Notes: generated from the sequence alone by a model not told the origin. 64,000 bases of DNA from an uncultured Acidimicrobiia bacterium (GCA_963809885.1 CAWELA010000003.1:576123-640122), one strand, 5' to 3'; shown: positions 1-12,138, counted from the stretch's first letter. A program made the numbers and translations.

Positions 1-553
1 GCTGCTCGATCTCCCGACCATCCAGGATGCGACCGGTGTCGCGGCCCGCATCATCAGCGGGGCCCCGGGAAACTTCGAGCGGACGGTCGTGATCAACAAG
101 GGCAGCTCCAAGGGGGTCGATGTCGGTCAGCCGGTCGTCGCCGGGAACGGCCTCGTCGGCAAGGTCACGCAGGCTTCGACGAACGATTCGACGGTCACCC
201 TCATCGACAGCCCCGGCTTCGGCGTCGGGGTCCGGCTCGAGAACAGCAACGAGCGCGGGATCGCGGAGGGTCGCACGGGTGAGCGCGAGATGCGCCTGAA
301 CTTCCTCACCAAGATCCTCGCCGAGTGCGCCGAGAACTCCTCCCCCGACACGTGCATCAGCAAGGGCGAGCTCTTGTTCACCTCCGCGAGCGAAGCAGCC
401 GCGTTCCCACCCGACATCCCGGTGGCGAAGGTCGTGGGGATCACCAAGAAGACGGGGGAGCTCGAGTCGACCATCGCACTGCAGCCGCTCGTCGACCTCA
501 ATGACCTCTCCTACGTGAAGGTGCTCCGCTGGCCGGAGCCCAAGGGTGGCTGA
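1..553 (+). CDS. mreC: Rod shape-determining protein MreC (5'-truncated by window edge)
   Basis: INKGSSKGVDVGQPVVAGNGLVGKV and FPPDIPVAKV motifs; directly upstream of mreD. Confidence 0.92.
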   Translation, partial: LLDLPTIQDATGVAARIISGAPGNFERTVVINKGSSKGVDVGQPVVAGNGLVGKVTQASTNDSTVTLIDSPGFGVGVRLENSNERGIAEGRTGEREMRLNFLTKILAECAENSSPDTCISKGELLFTSASEAAAFPPDIPVAKVVGITKKTGELESTIALQPLVDLNDLSYVKVLRWPEPKGG

Positions 554-592
554 CCCCCTGCTCGTGGCACCCCGAGGCATCGTGGTCCGCGC

Positions 593-1102
593 ATGGTGAT
601 CCGTCGGGTCCGTCTCGCGCTCCTCGTCATCACCCTCGTGGTGCTCCAGACGACGGTGTTCACGCACCTGCGCGTCTTCGGCGCGATCCCGGACCTCTGC
701 CTCGTGGCGACCGTGGCGGTGGCATTCGAGGAGGGGCCCCAGACCGGCGCGATCTTCGGGTTCGTCAGCGGCCTGGTGCTCGACCTGTTCCTCGCGTCGC
801 CGCTGGGCCTCTCGGCGCTCGCGAACTCCGTGACGGGGTATTCGGTCGGCATCTTCCAGAGCGGGTTCGTGCGCGAGTCGCGCACGATGCCGATGGTGCT
901 CGGCGGCATCGGCGGGCTCATCGGCGGGACGATCTTCGCGGTCGTCGGCGGGATCGTCGGCGAAGCGGGCTACCTGTCGCTCACCAGCGTCCGGGTCATC
1001 ATCGTCGCCGCGCTCTACGACGCCGTGGTCGCCCCGCTCGTGTTCCCGTTCGTCCGCTGGGCGAACCACGATCCGGACATGGGCTACTCCCGAAGACGTT
1101 GA
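593..1102 (+). CDS. mreD: Rod shape-determining protein MreD
   Basis: Hydrophobic 169 aa, PDLCLV..GAIFGFVSGLVLDL motif; follows mreC. Confidence 0.92.
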   Translation: MVIRRVRLALLVITLVVLQTTVFTHLRVFGAIPDLCLVATVAVAFEEGPQTGAIFGFVSGLVLDLFLASPLGLSALANSVTGYSVGIFQSGFVRESRTMPMVLGGIGGLIGGTIFAVVGGIVGEAGYLSLTSVRVIIVAALYDAVVAPLVFPFVRWANHDPDMGYSRRR

Positions 1103-1169
1103 GCGACCGCGGATGCGGTCGCAGACCACCCGCGTGGGGCGCTCACGGTCGATCTCGTAGCCTCGTGGG

Positions 1170-2856
1170 GTGCCGTCTCCACCCTCCCAGTCGGGTCGTC
1201 CACCGCGCCCCGGCGACGCGGGTCGCGGGGGCCGGCCCCCTCGTCCCCCCGCACCGCCCCAACAGGGTGGTCGTACCGCCGGCCGGGGGTCGGGAGGAGC
1301 GGCGATGCGCCCGGGCCGAGCCGGCGCCGCGAAGGGCCCGCAGCTCTCGCGTCGGGGGTTCCTGACCGCGGCCGGTGCCACGCTGGCGGGGGTCGGGCTC
1401 ATCGCGCTCGGATCCGTTCGGCGGCGGTGGTGGCGCGAGCGACGTCCCGTCGGTGCGGACGATCGCCGGCGCCAGGGTTCCCTCCGACGCCGCGAAGCAC
1501 AGCTTCGACATCGTGCTGCGCGGCGGCCGGGTCATGGACCCCGAGTCGAAGCTCGACGTCGTCGCGGACGTCGGGGTCGACGGGGGCTCGGTGACCGCGA
1601 TCGACCCCGACACCCCGCTCTCGGGGAAGCAGGTGATCGACGCGACGGGCCTGGTCGTGGCGCCCGGATTCATCGACATCCTCAGCTACGAGCCGAACGA
1701 GTACGGCATCTGGTTCAAGATCGCCGACGGGGTCACCACGAACCTCGGGTTGCACGGTCTGCAGTCGCGCGCGAAGGACTACTTCGACGTCTGGGGCTCC
1801 GACACCAAGCGCCCGCCCACCAACTACGGCGGTGCGTTCAGCGACCCGTGGTCCCGCGCCATCGCTCGGCATCGGCGTCGACGACCAGGCGACACCGGAG
1901 CAGATCGACGCGCTCGTCAAGATGTGCGACGAAGACCTCCAGGCCGGCTACCTCGCGGTCGACTTCGAGCCCGAGTACACGCCGGGTGTGGCGTACGACG
2001 AGATCAAGGCGCTCGCCGAGGTCGCGAAGACCCACGACGTCCCTGCAACGTTCCACGCGCGCTACTCGGACGACGTCGCGCCCGGCACCAACGCCGAGGC
2101 GCTGGCGGAGGTGCTGCGGGTCGCGCGCGACACGGGGCGCGGGTCCACGTCGAGCACATCATCAGCACCGGTGGTACGTACACGATGGAGCAGTCGCTCG
2201 CGACGCTCGAGGCGGCGCGCAAGGAGGGCGTCGTCGTCACGGCTTGCACCTACCCGTACGACTACTGGGCGACCTACCTCGCGTCCGCCCGGTTCAACGA
2301 CGGATGGCAGGAGCGCTTCCACATCACGTACCACGACCTGGCCATCGTGGGGACGGGGGAGCGACTCACGCCGACGACCTTCGCGAAGTACCAGGCGAAG
2401 AACTCGCTGACCGCCGCGTACGCCATCCCCGAGAGCGGACGTGCGCACGGCGCCTGAAGGCCGACTGGGTGATGCTCGGCAGCGACGCGATCCTCGAACC
2501 CGGCGACCACAACCATCCCCGGTCGACGGGGTGCTTCGCACGCGCGATCGGGCGCTACACCCGCGATCTGAAGGTGCTGCCGCTCATGGACGCGCTCGCG
2601 AAGGCGACCATCCTCCCGGCGCAGCTGACCGAGAGCGGTGCGCCGCAGATGCGCAAGAAGGGCCGCCTCCAGATCGGCGCCGACGCCGACATCACGGTGT
2701 TCGACCCCGCGACGCTCATCGACCGCTCGACGATCGAGGCGCCGGGCGTCGAGTCCGAGGGCGTCCAGTACGTCGTGGTGGACGGCCAGGTGGTCCGCAC
2801 GCCCGCAGGGGAATCAAACAGGCGTTCGACCGGGGATCGCCATCGTGAGGCGTTAG
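1170..2856 (+). CDS. Tat-exported amidohydrolase, N-acyl-D-amino-acid deacylase/dihydroorotase-like (several frameshifts)
   Basis: Twin-arginine signal LSRRGFLTAAG; DIVLRGGRVMDP, IDATGLVVAPGFID, GSDA, HPRSTGCFAR, KGRLQIGADADITVFDP spread over three frames. Confidence 0.75.
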
Positions 2857-2999
2857 CCTGTGCGGGCCGATCGGTTGGGGCCGAGCACGCGTCGTGATCC
2901 CCTCGGAATCAGCACGGGCGGAACCAGTTCGCTCCGGGCTGCGTTCCGTGAAGGCAGGTCACGCGAAGTTGGGTCACGGATTCCTGGGATGGGCGAGCG

Positions 3000-4973
3000 G
3001 TGACGGAAGGCAACAGCAGGGTCCGCCTCACTGTGCTCGGTGTCGTCATCATGGCGCTGTTCTCGGCGCTGTTCGTGCGCCTGTGGTTCCTCCAGGTCGC
3101 GAACTCCCAGAGCTACGCCGCCGAGACCCGGGCGAACCGGATCCGCGTGATCACCGAGCCCGCCGATCCGGGGCCAGATCCTCGACACGCACCGGGAAGA
3201 TCATCGTCGGGAACAAGCTCGTGGACAGCGTCCAGGTGCGGCGCGGCATCACCGACGCGGAGCGCAAGGCGATGGTCCCACGCCTCGCCATGGTGCTCGG
3301 GAAGTCAGAGGCGTTCGTCAACTCGCGGCTCGACAGTGTCCGCTACTCGCCGTACCAGCCGGTCCCGATCGCCAACAGCGTCCCGTACCAGAAGCTCGTC
3401 TTCCTGAAGGAGCGGCCCGAGCTGTTCCCGAAGGTCGACGTCGTCCGCCGGAGCATCCGCATCTACCCGGGCGGGGCGGTCGCCCCGCACCTCCTCGGCT
3501 ACGTGGGCGCGATCAACGCGCAGGAGCAGAAGCTCCACAAGGACGAGGGGTACGGGCCCGAGGACGTCATCGGCAAGGACGGCGTCGAGGCGATGTTCGA
3601 GACCGAGCTCCGCGGCACGCCGCGGGTCCGGAAGCTCGAGGTCGACAGTCGTGGTCGCCTCGTCCGCGTGCTGAGCGACACGCCGGCGGTCGCCGGCAAC
3701 GACGTGCAGCTCACGGTCGACGTCGACGTGCAGAAGGTCGCGCAGGAGTCGCTCGAGCAGGGCATGAGCGGCCGCGGGCCGGATGCGAGACACCGGCAAC
3801 AAGACGGGGTTCTCGACGTTCAAGGCGACCGGTGGCGCGGCCGTGGTGCTCGACGCGCGCGACGGGTCGGTCGTCGCGCTCGCGTCGGCGCCGACGTTCG
3901 ACGTCACCAAGTTCACCGACGGCATCCCGGCCGAAGAGTTCAAGACGCTCAACAACCCGAAGAGCAACTACCCGCTGCTCGACCGCGCCCTGCAGGGTCA
4001 GTACGCCCCGGGATCCACCTGGAAGCTCTTCACGTCGATCGCCGCGCTCGAGGCGGGCACGACGACGCCCGACGAGGTGATCTACGACCGCGGCTTCGTG
4101 CTCTTCGGTGAGAAGGGCAAGGAGCAGGAGTTCAAGAACGCGGGGAAGGAGCCCCACTTCAACGTGACGCTCCCGTCCGCGCTCACGGTGTCGAGCGACG
4201 TCTACTTCTACACGCAGGGCTTCCGCCTCTGGTACCTGTTCAACGGACAGAACGGGAAGGCGCCGGACAAGAAGAAGGGTTACGCGATCCAGCGCGTCGC
4301 GAAGGAGTTCGGGTTCGGCAAGCCGACTGCGATCGGCCTCGCCAACGAGCAGGTCGGCCGCATCCCCGACCGAGAAGTTCAAGGAGCGCCTGAACAAGGA
4401 CAACCCGGAGCCGTCGTCGAAGGTCTGGCTCCCGGGTGACAGCGCCGCGCTCGCGGTCGGCCAGGGCGACCTGCTCGTCACCCCGCTCCAGGAGGCGGTC
4501 GCCTACGCCGCGTTCGCGAACGGCGGCACGCTCTGGACGCCGCGCCTCGCCGAGAAGATCCTGAACCCCGGTGGTTCGTCGGACCTGCGCGAGCTGCCGT
4601 CCCAGAAGTCCGGTGAGGTGAAGATCAAGCCGGAGATCAAGGCCCCGATCCTCGAGGGGCTCATCGGCGCGGCCGCACCGAACGGGAACGGCACCGCCGG
4701 CCCGGCGTTCAACGGGCTACCAGGGCGTCCAGGTGGCCGGGAAGACGGGCACGGCCGAGGTTGCTCGGCAAGCAGGACACGTCGGTGTTCGCCGCCATCG
4801 TCAACCCGATCCCTACCGATCCGAAGCAGCCGCAGTACGTCGTGATGGTCTTCGTGGAGCAGGGTGGCAACGGTGGTTCGGTCGCCGCGCCGATCACGCG
4901 TCGCATCATCGAGGCCCTCAACGGCAACCCCGCACCGCCCGCGGTGAAGGTCGTCCCGAAGCGGGGCGACTGA
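3000..4973 (+). CDS. mrdA: Penicillin-binding protein 2 (frameshifted)
   Basis: N-terminal TM (FVRLWFLQV), PGSTWK (SxxK), SSDVYFY (SxD), GKTGTAE; between mreD and rodA. Confidence 0.9.
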
Positions 4974-4974
4974 C

Positions 4975-6161
4975 ATGGCGATGACGACCCGATCCCGCAC
5001 CCGCCGTTCGATGCGCGCGTCGGCGTACGGATCGCCGCGCGCCAAGCGCACGATCCTCGACTCGGAGATGCTGGCGAGCCTCGACTGGATCATGATCGGC
5101 GCGGTGCTGGCGCTCGCGGCGATCGGCATGGTGATGATCTACTCGTCGTCGAACGCGAAGATCCCCGACGACCCCTTCTACTTCGTGAAGCGGCAAGGCC
5201 TCGCGATCGCGTCTGGCCCTCGTCAATCGGGATCGGGCTGCTCCGCATCGACTACCGGAAGCTGCGCGACTTCTCGCTCATCTTCTATGTGGTCACCTGC
5301 GCGCTCCTCTTCTTCGTGCTCACCCCGTTCGGGTCGAGCGCGAAGGGTGCCCAGGCGTGGATCCAGCTCCCGTTCGGCTTCCAGCTCCAGCCGTCGGAGA
5401 TCGCGAAGTTCACGCTGATCGTCGCGCTCGCCGGCTACGTGAACGAGCACCGCGGCGACATCGACCCGTGGCGACTCACCGTGATCATCGGCGTCGCGCT
5501 CGTGCCGCTCGGGTCTCGTCCAGCTCCAGCCCGACCTCGGGACGAACATGGTGCTGCTGTGCATCGTGCTCGGCCTGCTCGCGGTCGCCGGCGTCCGCGG
5601 GCGGTACCTGCTCGTGCTCGCGCTGCTCGGCATCACCGGCGTCTACGCGGTCATCAACCTCGGGATCCTGAAGCAGTACCAGGTCGACCGGCTGACCGTC
5701 GTGATCGACTCGGGCGACAAGAAGGAAGGCGTCGCGTACAACCAGGACCAATCGGTCAAGACGATCGCGACCGGTGGGGTGCGACGGGCCAGGGGCTCTT
5801 CAACGGCCCGCAGACGCGCCTCGGCTTCGTCCCCGAGCAGCAGACCGACTTCATCTTCACCGCGGCCGGTGAGGAGCTCGGCTTCGTCGGCGCGATCGTG
5901 ATCATGGTGCTGTTCGGCATCGTGCTGTGGCGGACCTGGCGAACAGCCCGGCTCGCGCGCGACTTCTACGGCACGCTGGTGTGCGCGGGTGTCCTTGCCA
6001 TGTTCACGTTCATGATCTTCGAGAACATGGGCATGACGATGGGCATCATGCCCGTCACCGGGATCCCCTTGCCGTTCATGAGCTACGGAGGGTCCGCGCT
6101 CATCACCTGCGTCGCGTCCGTCGCACTGGTGCAGAACGTCTATGCCAACCGGTTCAACTAG
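4975..6161 (+). CDS. rodA: Rod shape-determining protein RodA, SEDS family (frameshifted)
   Basis: GAQAWI, LQPSEIAK, QPDLGT, PEQQTDFIF, GIPLPFMSYGGS. Confidence 0.92.
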
Positions 6162-6205
6162 CGCGTTCCGCACGAAGCCGGGTTCCGGGCCGGTACCGTC
6201 AGGGC

Positions 6206-6530
6206 ATGGTCTTGGAGCTGGCGGTGCTCGATGTTCGGGCCGGGGAGCGGGACGCGTTCGAGGCGGCGTTCGAGGAGGCCAAGGGGATCATCTCGGGGAT
6301 GCCGGGGTTCCGACATCTGGAGCTGCAGCACTGCCTCGAGGACCCCGGATCGGTACGTGCTGCTCGTCGGCTGGGAGCGCCTCGAGGACCACACCGAAGG
6401 GTTCCGCGGCTCGCCGGAGTACGAGCGCTGGAAGGCGCTGCTGCACCACTTCTACGACCCGTTCCCGACGGTCGAGCACTACGAACCGGTGATCCGCGTG
6501 GACAGGGGGGATTCCCGGGATCTCCGGTAG
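6206..6530 (+). CDS. Antibiotic biosynthesis monooxygenase (ABM) family protein (one frameshift)
   Basis: [10 protein letters not shown]...[43 protein letters not shown]. Confidence 0.85.
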
Positions 6531-6542
6531 GATGGCCCCGAC

Positions 6543-8512
6543 ATGACCACCGACCTCTGGCCGAGGATCGAACCTCTGTTGGGCCGGGTCGAGAAGCCCG
6601 CTCGCTACATCGGCATGGAGCGGGGCAGCGTCTCCCCGCAGCACCGGCCCGACCAGGTCTCCTGGCTCCTCATCTACCCAGACACCTACGAGATCGGCCT
6701 CCCCAACCAGGGGCTGCAGATCCTCTACGAGATCCTCAACGAGCGTGAGGATGCCGCGGCCGAGCGCGCCTACGCGCCCTGGGTCGATCTCGAGGCGGAG
6801 ATGCGGGCGAACGGCGTCCCGCTCTTCTCGGTCGACACCCACCGGCCGGCCGGATCGTTCGACGTGCTGGCGTTCAACCTCTCCGCCGAGCTCGTCTTCA
6901 CCAACGTCCTGAACTGCATCGACCTCGCGGGCGCCACGGTGCGCGCCGAGGACCGCCGTGACCGAGGACCCGCTCGTCATCTGCGGTGGGCACTGCGCCT
7001 TCAACCCCGAGCCGCTCGCCGACTTCGTCGACGCGTTCGTCATCGGGGACGGCGAGGAGGTCGTGAGCGAGATCAACGAGGTGCTCGCGGCCTGGAAGCG
7101 CTCGGGAAAGACCAACCGTGAAGGCGTGCTGCGCGAGCTCGCGTCGGTGCCGGGCGTCTACGTCCCGTCGATGTACGACGTCGACTACGACGGTCCGTTC
7201 CTCGCCGAGGTCCGTCCGCGGTACGCCGACGTGCCGGCGGCGGTCGAGAAGCGCACCGTCGCCGATCTCGCCGAGTGGCCGTACCCGAAGCAGCAGCTCG
7301 TCCCGCTGATCGAGGTCGTGCACGACCGGCTCAACGTCGAGGTCTTCCGCGGCTGCACCCGCGGGTGTCGGTTCTGCCAGGCCGGGATGATCACCCGGCC
7401 CGTGCGAGAGCGCCCCGAGGAGCAGGTGCGCATGATGGTGCGCGACGGGCTCCGGCGCACCGGCTACGACGAGGTCGCGCTCACCTCGCTGTCGACCGCC
7501 GACTTCTCCGGGATCGAGGGAGTGGTCTCCGGCCTCGTCAACGATCAGGAGGGCACCGGCGGTGTCGGCCTCTCGCTGCCGTCGCTGCGCGTCGACGCGT
7601 TCACGGTCGGCATCGCGAGCCAGATCCAGAAGGTGCGCCGCACCGGGCTCGACGTTCGCGCCCGAGGCAGGGACCTGGCGGATGCGCAAGGTGATCAACA
7701 AGCTGATCACCGAGGAGGACCTCTACGCGGCGGCCGACGCGGCGTACTCGAGCGGTTGGCGCCGGGTGAAGCTCTACTTCCTCACCGGCCTGCCCACCGA
7801 GTCCGACGAGGACACGCTCGGCATCGCCGAGCTCGCGAAGAACGTCGTCGCGATCGGCCGCAAGCACACGAAGGGCGCGAGCGCGACCGCTTCGGTCGGC
7901 GGCTTCGTGCCGAAGCCGCACACGCCGTTCCAGTGGTTCGGCCAGAACTCGGTCGAGGAGCTGCGCCGCAAGGTCAACCTGCTCCGCGACGCGACGCGCC
8001 GCAGCGGCGTGTCCCTGAAGTGGCACGACGCGGAGGCGTCGTTCGCCGAGGGCATCGCGAGCCGTGGAGACCGCCGCATCGGTCGGGTCATCGAGCGGGT
8101 GTGGCGTGCGGGCGGGTCGTTCCAGGAATGGAGCGAGCGCTTCGATCTCGGTCGGTGGACCGACGCGATGGCTGCCGAGGGGCTCGACGCGGACTGGTAC
8201 GTCACCCGGCACCGCACCGAGCACGAGGTGCTGCCGTGGGACCACGTCACCGCCGGTCTCCACAAGGACTTCCTCTGGCAGGAGTGGCGCGCCGCGCTGC
8301 ACGAGCACGGCCTCCCCGACTGCCGGTGGACGCCCTGCTACGACTGCGGGGTGTGCACCGGTCAGGCGCTCGAGCACGTGGTGGCGTCGAGCGTCGTGCC
8401 CGCGGGCGGGAGTCAGGGCACCGGGCAGGACCTCGACCGCGGCGACGCCGTTCCCGTGGACTTCCTCGGGGTCCGATCGGCAGCGGGCCCGGGAGCGTCC
8501 GGTGCGCGGTGA
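6543..8512 (+). CDS. TIGR03960-type B12-binding radical SAM protein (frameshifted)
   Basis: VEKPARYIG, YPDTYEIGLPNQG, RGCTRGCRFCQAG (CxxxCxxC), C-terminal DCRWTPCYDCGVC; usual position upstream of rne. Confidence 0.88.
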
Positions 8513-9240
8513 CGTCGGGTTCCCCGTGCGCCTGCGGTTCTCGAAGCGCGGCAAGGTCCGCTTCGTGGGTCACCGCGACCTCGCCCGGGCGTTCGAACGG
8601 TCGTTCCGCATCGGGGCGCTGCCGCTCTCGTTCTCGCTCGGGCTTCTCGCCCCGACCCAAGGTGAGCCTCGGGCTCGCGCTCGGCGTCGGGCACGAGAGC
8701 GACGGCGAGTACCTCGACCTCGAGCTCGTCGAACCGGTCGATGTCGACGCGCTCCCGGCGATGCTCACCGAGACGTTGCCGGTCGGTGTCGAGGTGCAGG
8801 GCGCCGCGGCGCTCGCACCCCGTGCTCCGGCGCTCCAGGAGGCGATCACGAGCCTCGAGTACGACCTCCGCCCGGCCGGCCTCTCGAGTGCGGCGCTCCA
8901 CGCCGTCGTCGAGCGGGCGAACGTGGCCGCGAGCCTGCCCATCGAGACGACGCGCAAGGGCCGACCCGTCGTCGAAGACCTCAGGCCCGGACTCCGACGC
9001 ATCGACCTGCACGACGACGTCGTGCAGGTCGAGGTGGCGACGCAACCTCGGGGCATCCGCCCCGCCGAGCTGATCGGGGCGCTGCGTGGGCTCGCAGACG
9101 CCGAGGTCGGTCCCGGCGAGGACCGTGTGCTCCGCACCCATCAATGGATCGAGCGCGACGGCGTGCGGCAGGAGCCGCTGGAAGCCGATCGCGCCGCGCA
9201 CGCTGTCCGACGACGCGTGCGCACCGAGCAAAGGACTCAT
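8502..9240 (+). CDS. TIGR03936/DUF2344 radical SAM-associated protein (frameshifted; 3' end approximate)
   Basis: VRLRFSKRGKVRFVGHRDLARAFER, GFSPRPKVS, GHESDGEYLD. Confidence 0.8.
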
Positions 9241-9242
9241 CG

Positions 9243-11383
9243 ATGCCCGACGAGACGACGACCGGGGCGGCGGCGACCGAGCCGACGCCCCCCACGATCG
9301 AGAAGACGATCGAGGACGATCGAAGGACGGAGAAGACGACGCCGCGCTCGAACGCCGCATCGCCTGACGCACCGCCCGAGACGCATCGCCCGAGGGTGGC
9401 GAAGCGGCGTACCGGCGACCGAGCCGGCGGTGAACCCGCGCTCGGTCCCGACGGGCAGCCCCGTCGGCGTCGTCGGGGCTCCCGCGGCGGCCGCAACCGC
9501 ACGAAGCCGGCCGGTCCCGGTGGTGCCAACGGCGGCGGCAGCGGCGCTGGTGACGGGTGGCGACGGCCGGCGAGCGAGCCGGGCCGCGCGCCCGGCCGGT
9601 GGCCGAGCGGCCGGTGCTCGCCGCGCACGGAGCACGGGCAGACCGACGAGCCCGGCGACTGGCGCAGCGCGGAGGCCGATCGCGGCCTGACGAGCGACGA
9701 CGTCGCCGCCGAGGCCCGCGAGGACGCCGGCCTCGCGCCGGGGACGAGCGCCGACGAACCGCGACACGCCGGCGGAAGCCGAAGATCGGTGACTCGCGCC
9801 CGGCTCCGCCCAGCGCCGATGGCGCCGTCGGGCGGAGGATCGGGTGGCGACGGGGCGCGCGCTGGCACCCCCCGACGCCGACGGCGCGGGGGTCGCGGGC
9901 GTGGTCGGTGGTCGCTCGGGTGGTGGTGAACGGCGGTGGCCAGCCGCAGACGCACGGCGGCGGCGGCGGTCGAGGGGGAGCAGCCCGCGGTGCGCGCGAC
10001 GACGTCGTGCGAGCCGACCTCGGTGTCGGTGAGGACGTCCCGATCGAGGACCTCGACGAGGAGACGCTCGCCCGTCGGCGCGGTCGCACCCGCAAGGGAC
10101 GTCCCGCCGGTCGCTACATGATGTGCGTGCACGTCCGCCCCGACGGCAACGTGCACACCGCGCTGCTCGAGGGCCGAGTGCTCATCGAGCACTCGGTCAG
10201 CACCGCGCAGGACCAGGACATCTCGATCGACGGCAACATCTACCTCGGTCGGGTGCAGAACGTGCTGCCCGGCATGGAGGCGGCGTTCGTCGACATCAGC
10301 ACGCCGAAGAACGGGGTGCTGTACCGCGGCGACGTCACCTGGGACAAGGACCAGATCGAAGGCGATGCACCGAAGATCGAGCGGATGCTCAAGAACGGCC
10401 AGAACGTCATGGTCCAGGTCACCAAGAACCCGATCGGCGCGAAGGGCGCCCGACTCACCCAGGAGGTCAGCCTCGCGGGCCGCTTCGTCGTGATGGTGCC
10501 GGGGCAGCCTGCGACCTACGGGATCTCCAAGCGCCTCCCCGACGACGAGCGCAAGCGGCTCCGCCGGATCCTCGAGGGGCTCCGACCGCCGGACGCCGGG
10601 CTCATCGTCCGCACCGCCGCCGAGGGTGCGACCGCCGACGAGCTCGAGCGGGACATGCGCCGGCTGCGCCAGCAGTGGGAGCAGATCTCGGACCTGGCCG
10701 GCCGTTCGAAGCAGGCCCGGCTGCTCTACCAGGAGCCGTCGCTGGTGCTCCGGCTGCTCCGCGAGGAGTTCACCAAGGAGTACCGCGGCGTCGTCATCGA
10801 CGACCGCGCGCTCTTCGAAGAGGTCAAGGCGTACGTCGGGGCCGTGACGCCCGAGCTCGCGGAGCGGATCGAGTTCTACGACGAGGAGGCCGAGGGCCTG
10901 CCCGTCTTCGAGCGGCACCACGTCCAGGAGCAGCTCATGAAGGCGCTGGACCGCAAGGTGTGGCTGCCGTCCGGGGGCTCGCTCATCATCGAGCGCACCG
11001 AGGCGCTGACGGTGATCGACGTGAACACCGGCAAGAACGTCGGGAAGTCGAACCTGGAGGAGACGGTCTTCCGGAACAACCTGGAGGCGGCCGACGAGGT
11101 GGCCCGCCAGCTGCGGCTCCGGGACATCGGCGGGATCATCGTCATCGACTTCATCGACATGGAGATCCGGGGCAACCGGGACAAGGTGGCCAAGGCCCTG
11201 CGGGACGCCCTGGCCCGGGACAAGACCCGCACCCAGGTCTTCGAGATCTCCGAGCTGGGCCTGGTCGAGATGACCCGGAAGCGGGTCTCGGAAGGCCTCG
11301 TGGAGTCGGTGAGCGAGATCTGCTCGCACTGCGAGGGCCGGGGCTACCTCCTCGACGAGACCTTGCTGGAAGAGCTGCGGTAG
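9243..11383 (+). CDS. rne: Ribonuclease E/G family with long Arg/Gly-rich disordered N-terminus (frameshifts in N-terminus)
   Basis: GNIYLGRVQNVLPGMEAAFVDI, VIDVNTGK, RLRDIGGIIVIDFIDM, CSHCEGRG. Confidence 0.92.
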
Positions 11384-11425
11384 GATCGTCGTTCCCCCAG
11401 AACAGGTTGGCGAGGCAAGTCGCGC

Positions 11426-11752
11426 ATGTACGCAGTGATCCGCACCGGCGGCAAGCAATACAAGGTCGAGACCGGCCAGCAGCTCGAGGTCGAGAAGCTG
11501 TCGGTCAAGGGCGCGCCCGCCGATGCCGGCGCCGTGGTGGACCTCGCCCCGGTCCTGCTCGTCGACGGCGAGAAGGTCCTGGCGACCCCGTCGCAGCTCG
11601 GCAGCGCCAGCGTGAAGGCCAAGGTCGTCGGTGACACCAAGGGCAAGAAGATCCGTGGGTTCGTCTACAAGAACAAGTCGAACCAGCGGAAGCGCTGGGG
11701 ACACCGCCAGCACTACTCCCTCATCGAGATCACCGAGATCTCGCCCGGTTAA
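11426..11752 (+). CDS. rplU: 50S ribosomal protein L21
   Basis: MYAVIRTGGKQYKV...GHRQ. Confidence 0.98.
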   Translation: MYAVIRTGGKQYKVETGQQLEVEKLSVKGAPADAGAVVDLAPVLLVDGEKVLATPSQLGSASVKAKVVGDTKGKKIRGFVYKNKSNQRKRWGHRQHYSLIEITEISPG

Positions 11753-11776
11753 GGGCCAGGACGTTCAGGAGCACTC

Positions 11777-12040
11777 ATGTCGAAGAAGAAGGGCGCCGCG
11801 TCCTCCCGCAACGGCCGCGACTCCGCCGCGCAGCGGCTCGGCGTGAAGGTCCACTCCGGCACGACCGTCACCGCCGGCTCGATCATCGTGCGGCAGCGGG
11901 GCACCAAGTTCCACCCGGGTGAGAACGTCGGGCGGGGCGGCGACGACACGCTGTTCGCCACCGCCGACGGCATGGTCCAGTTCGGCAAGCGCCGCGGCCG
12001 CCGTCTCGTCGACGTGACACCCCTCGAGACCACCTCCTAG
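11777..12040 (+). CDS. rpmA: 50S ribosomal protein L27
   Basis: [29 protein letters not shown]; AGGAG RBS. Confidence 0.98.
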   Translation: MSKKKGAASSRNGRDSAAQRLGVKVHSGTTVTAGSIIVRQRGTKFHPGENVGRGGDDTLFATADGMVQFGKRRGRRLVDVTPLETTS

Positions 12041-12138
12041 GCGCTCCTCCGACCCCGCTCCTCGCACTTCATCGAATCCGCTCCGTTCGTCGCGGATTGT
12101 CGTCGTCGGAGTGCGCCGATCCTCCGTAACCTGAACCC

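Noticed and set aside
2857-2999. GGTCAC direct repeat upstream of mrdA as a regulator site
   Set aside because: Only two 6-mers, with spacing that does not fit the 11-bp OmpR-type period; expected by chance at this GC content.
6958-9929. Long ORFs joining the radical SAM, DUF2344 and RNase E N-terminus
   Set aside because: They are chimeras of correct-frame and off-frame segments created by frameshifts in stop-poor GC-rich DNA.
9243-10120. Arg/Gly-rich repeats (RRRRRGSRGGR, RRRRRGGRGRGR) as a novel repeat element
   Set aside because: Typical disordered RNA-binding N-terminus of actinobacterial RNase E.
8981-11713. Very long antisense ORFs (also 42436-44754, 45975-48851, 60925-62550)
   Set aside because: Shadow frames of high-GC3 genes; no recognisable motifs.
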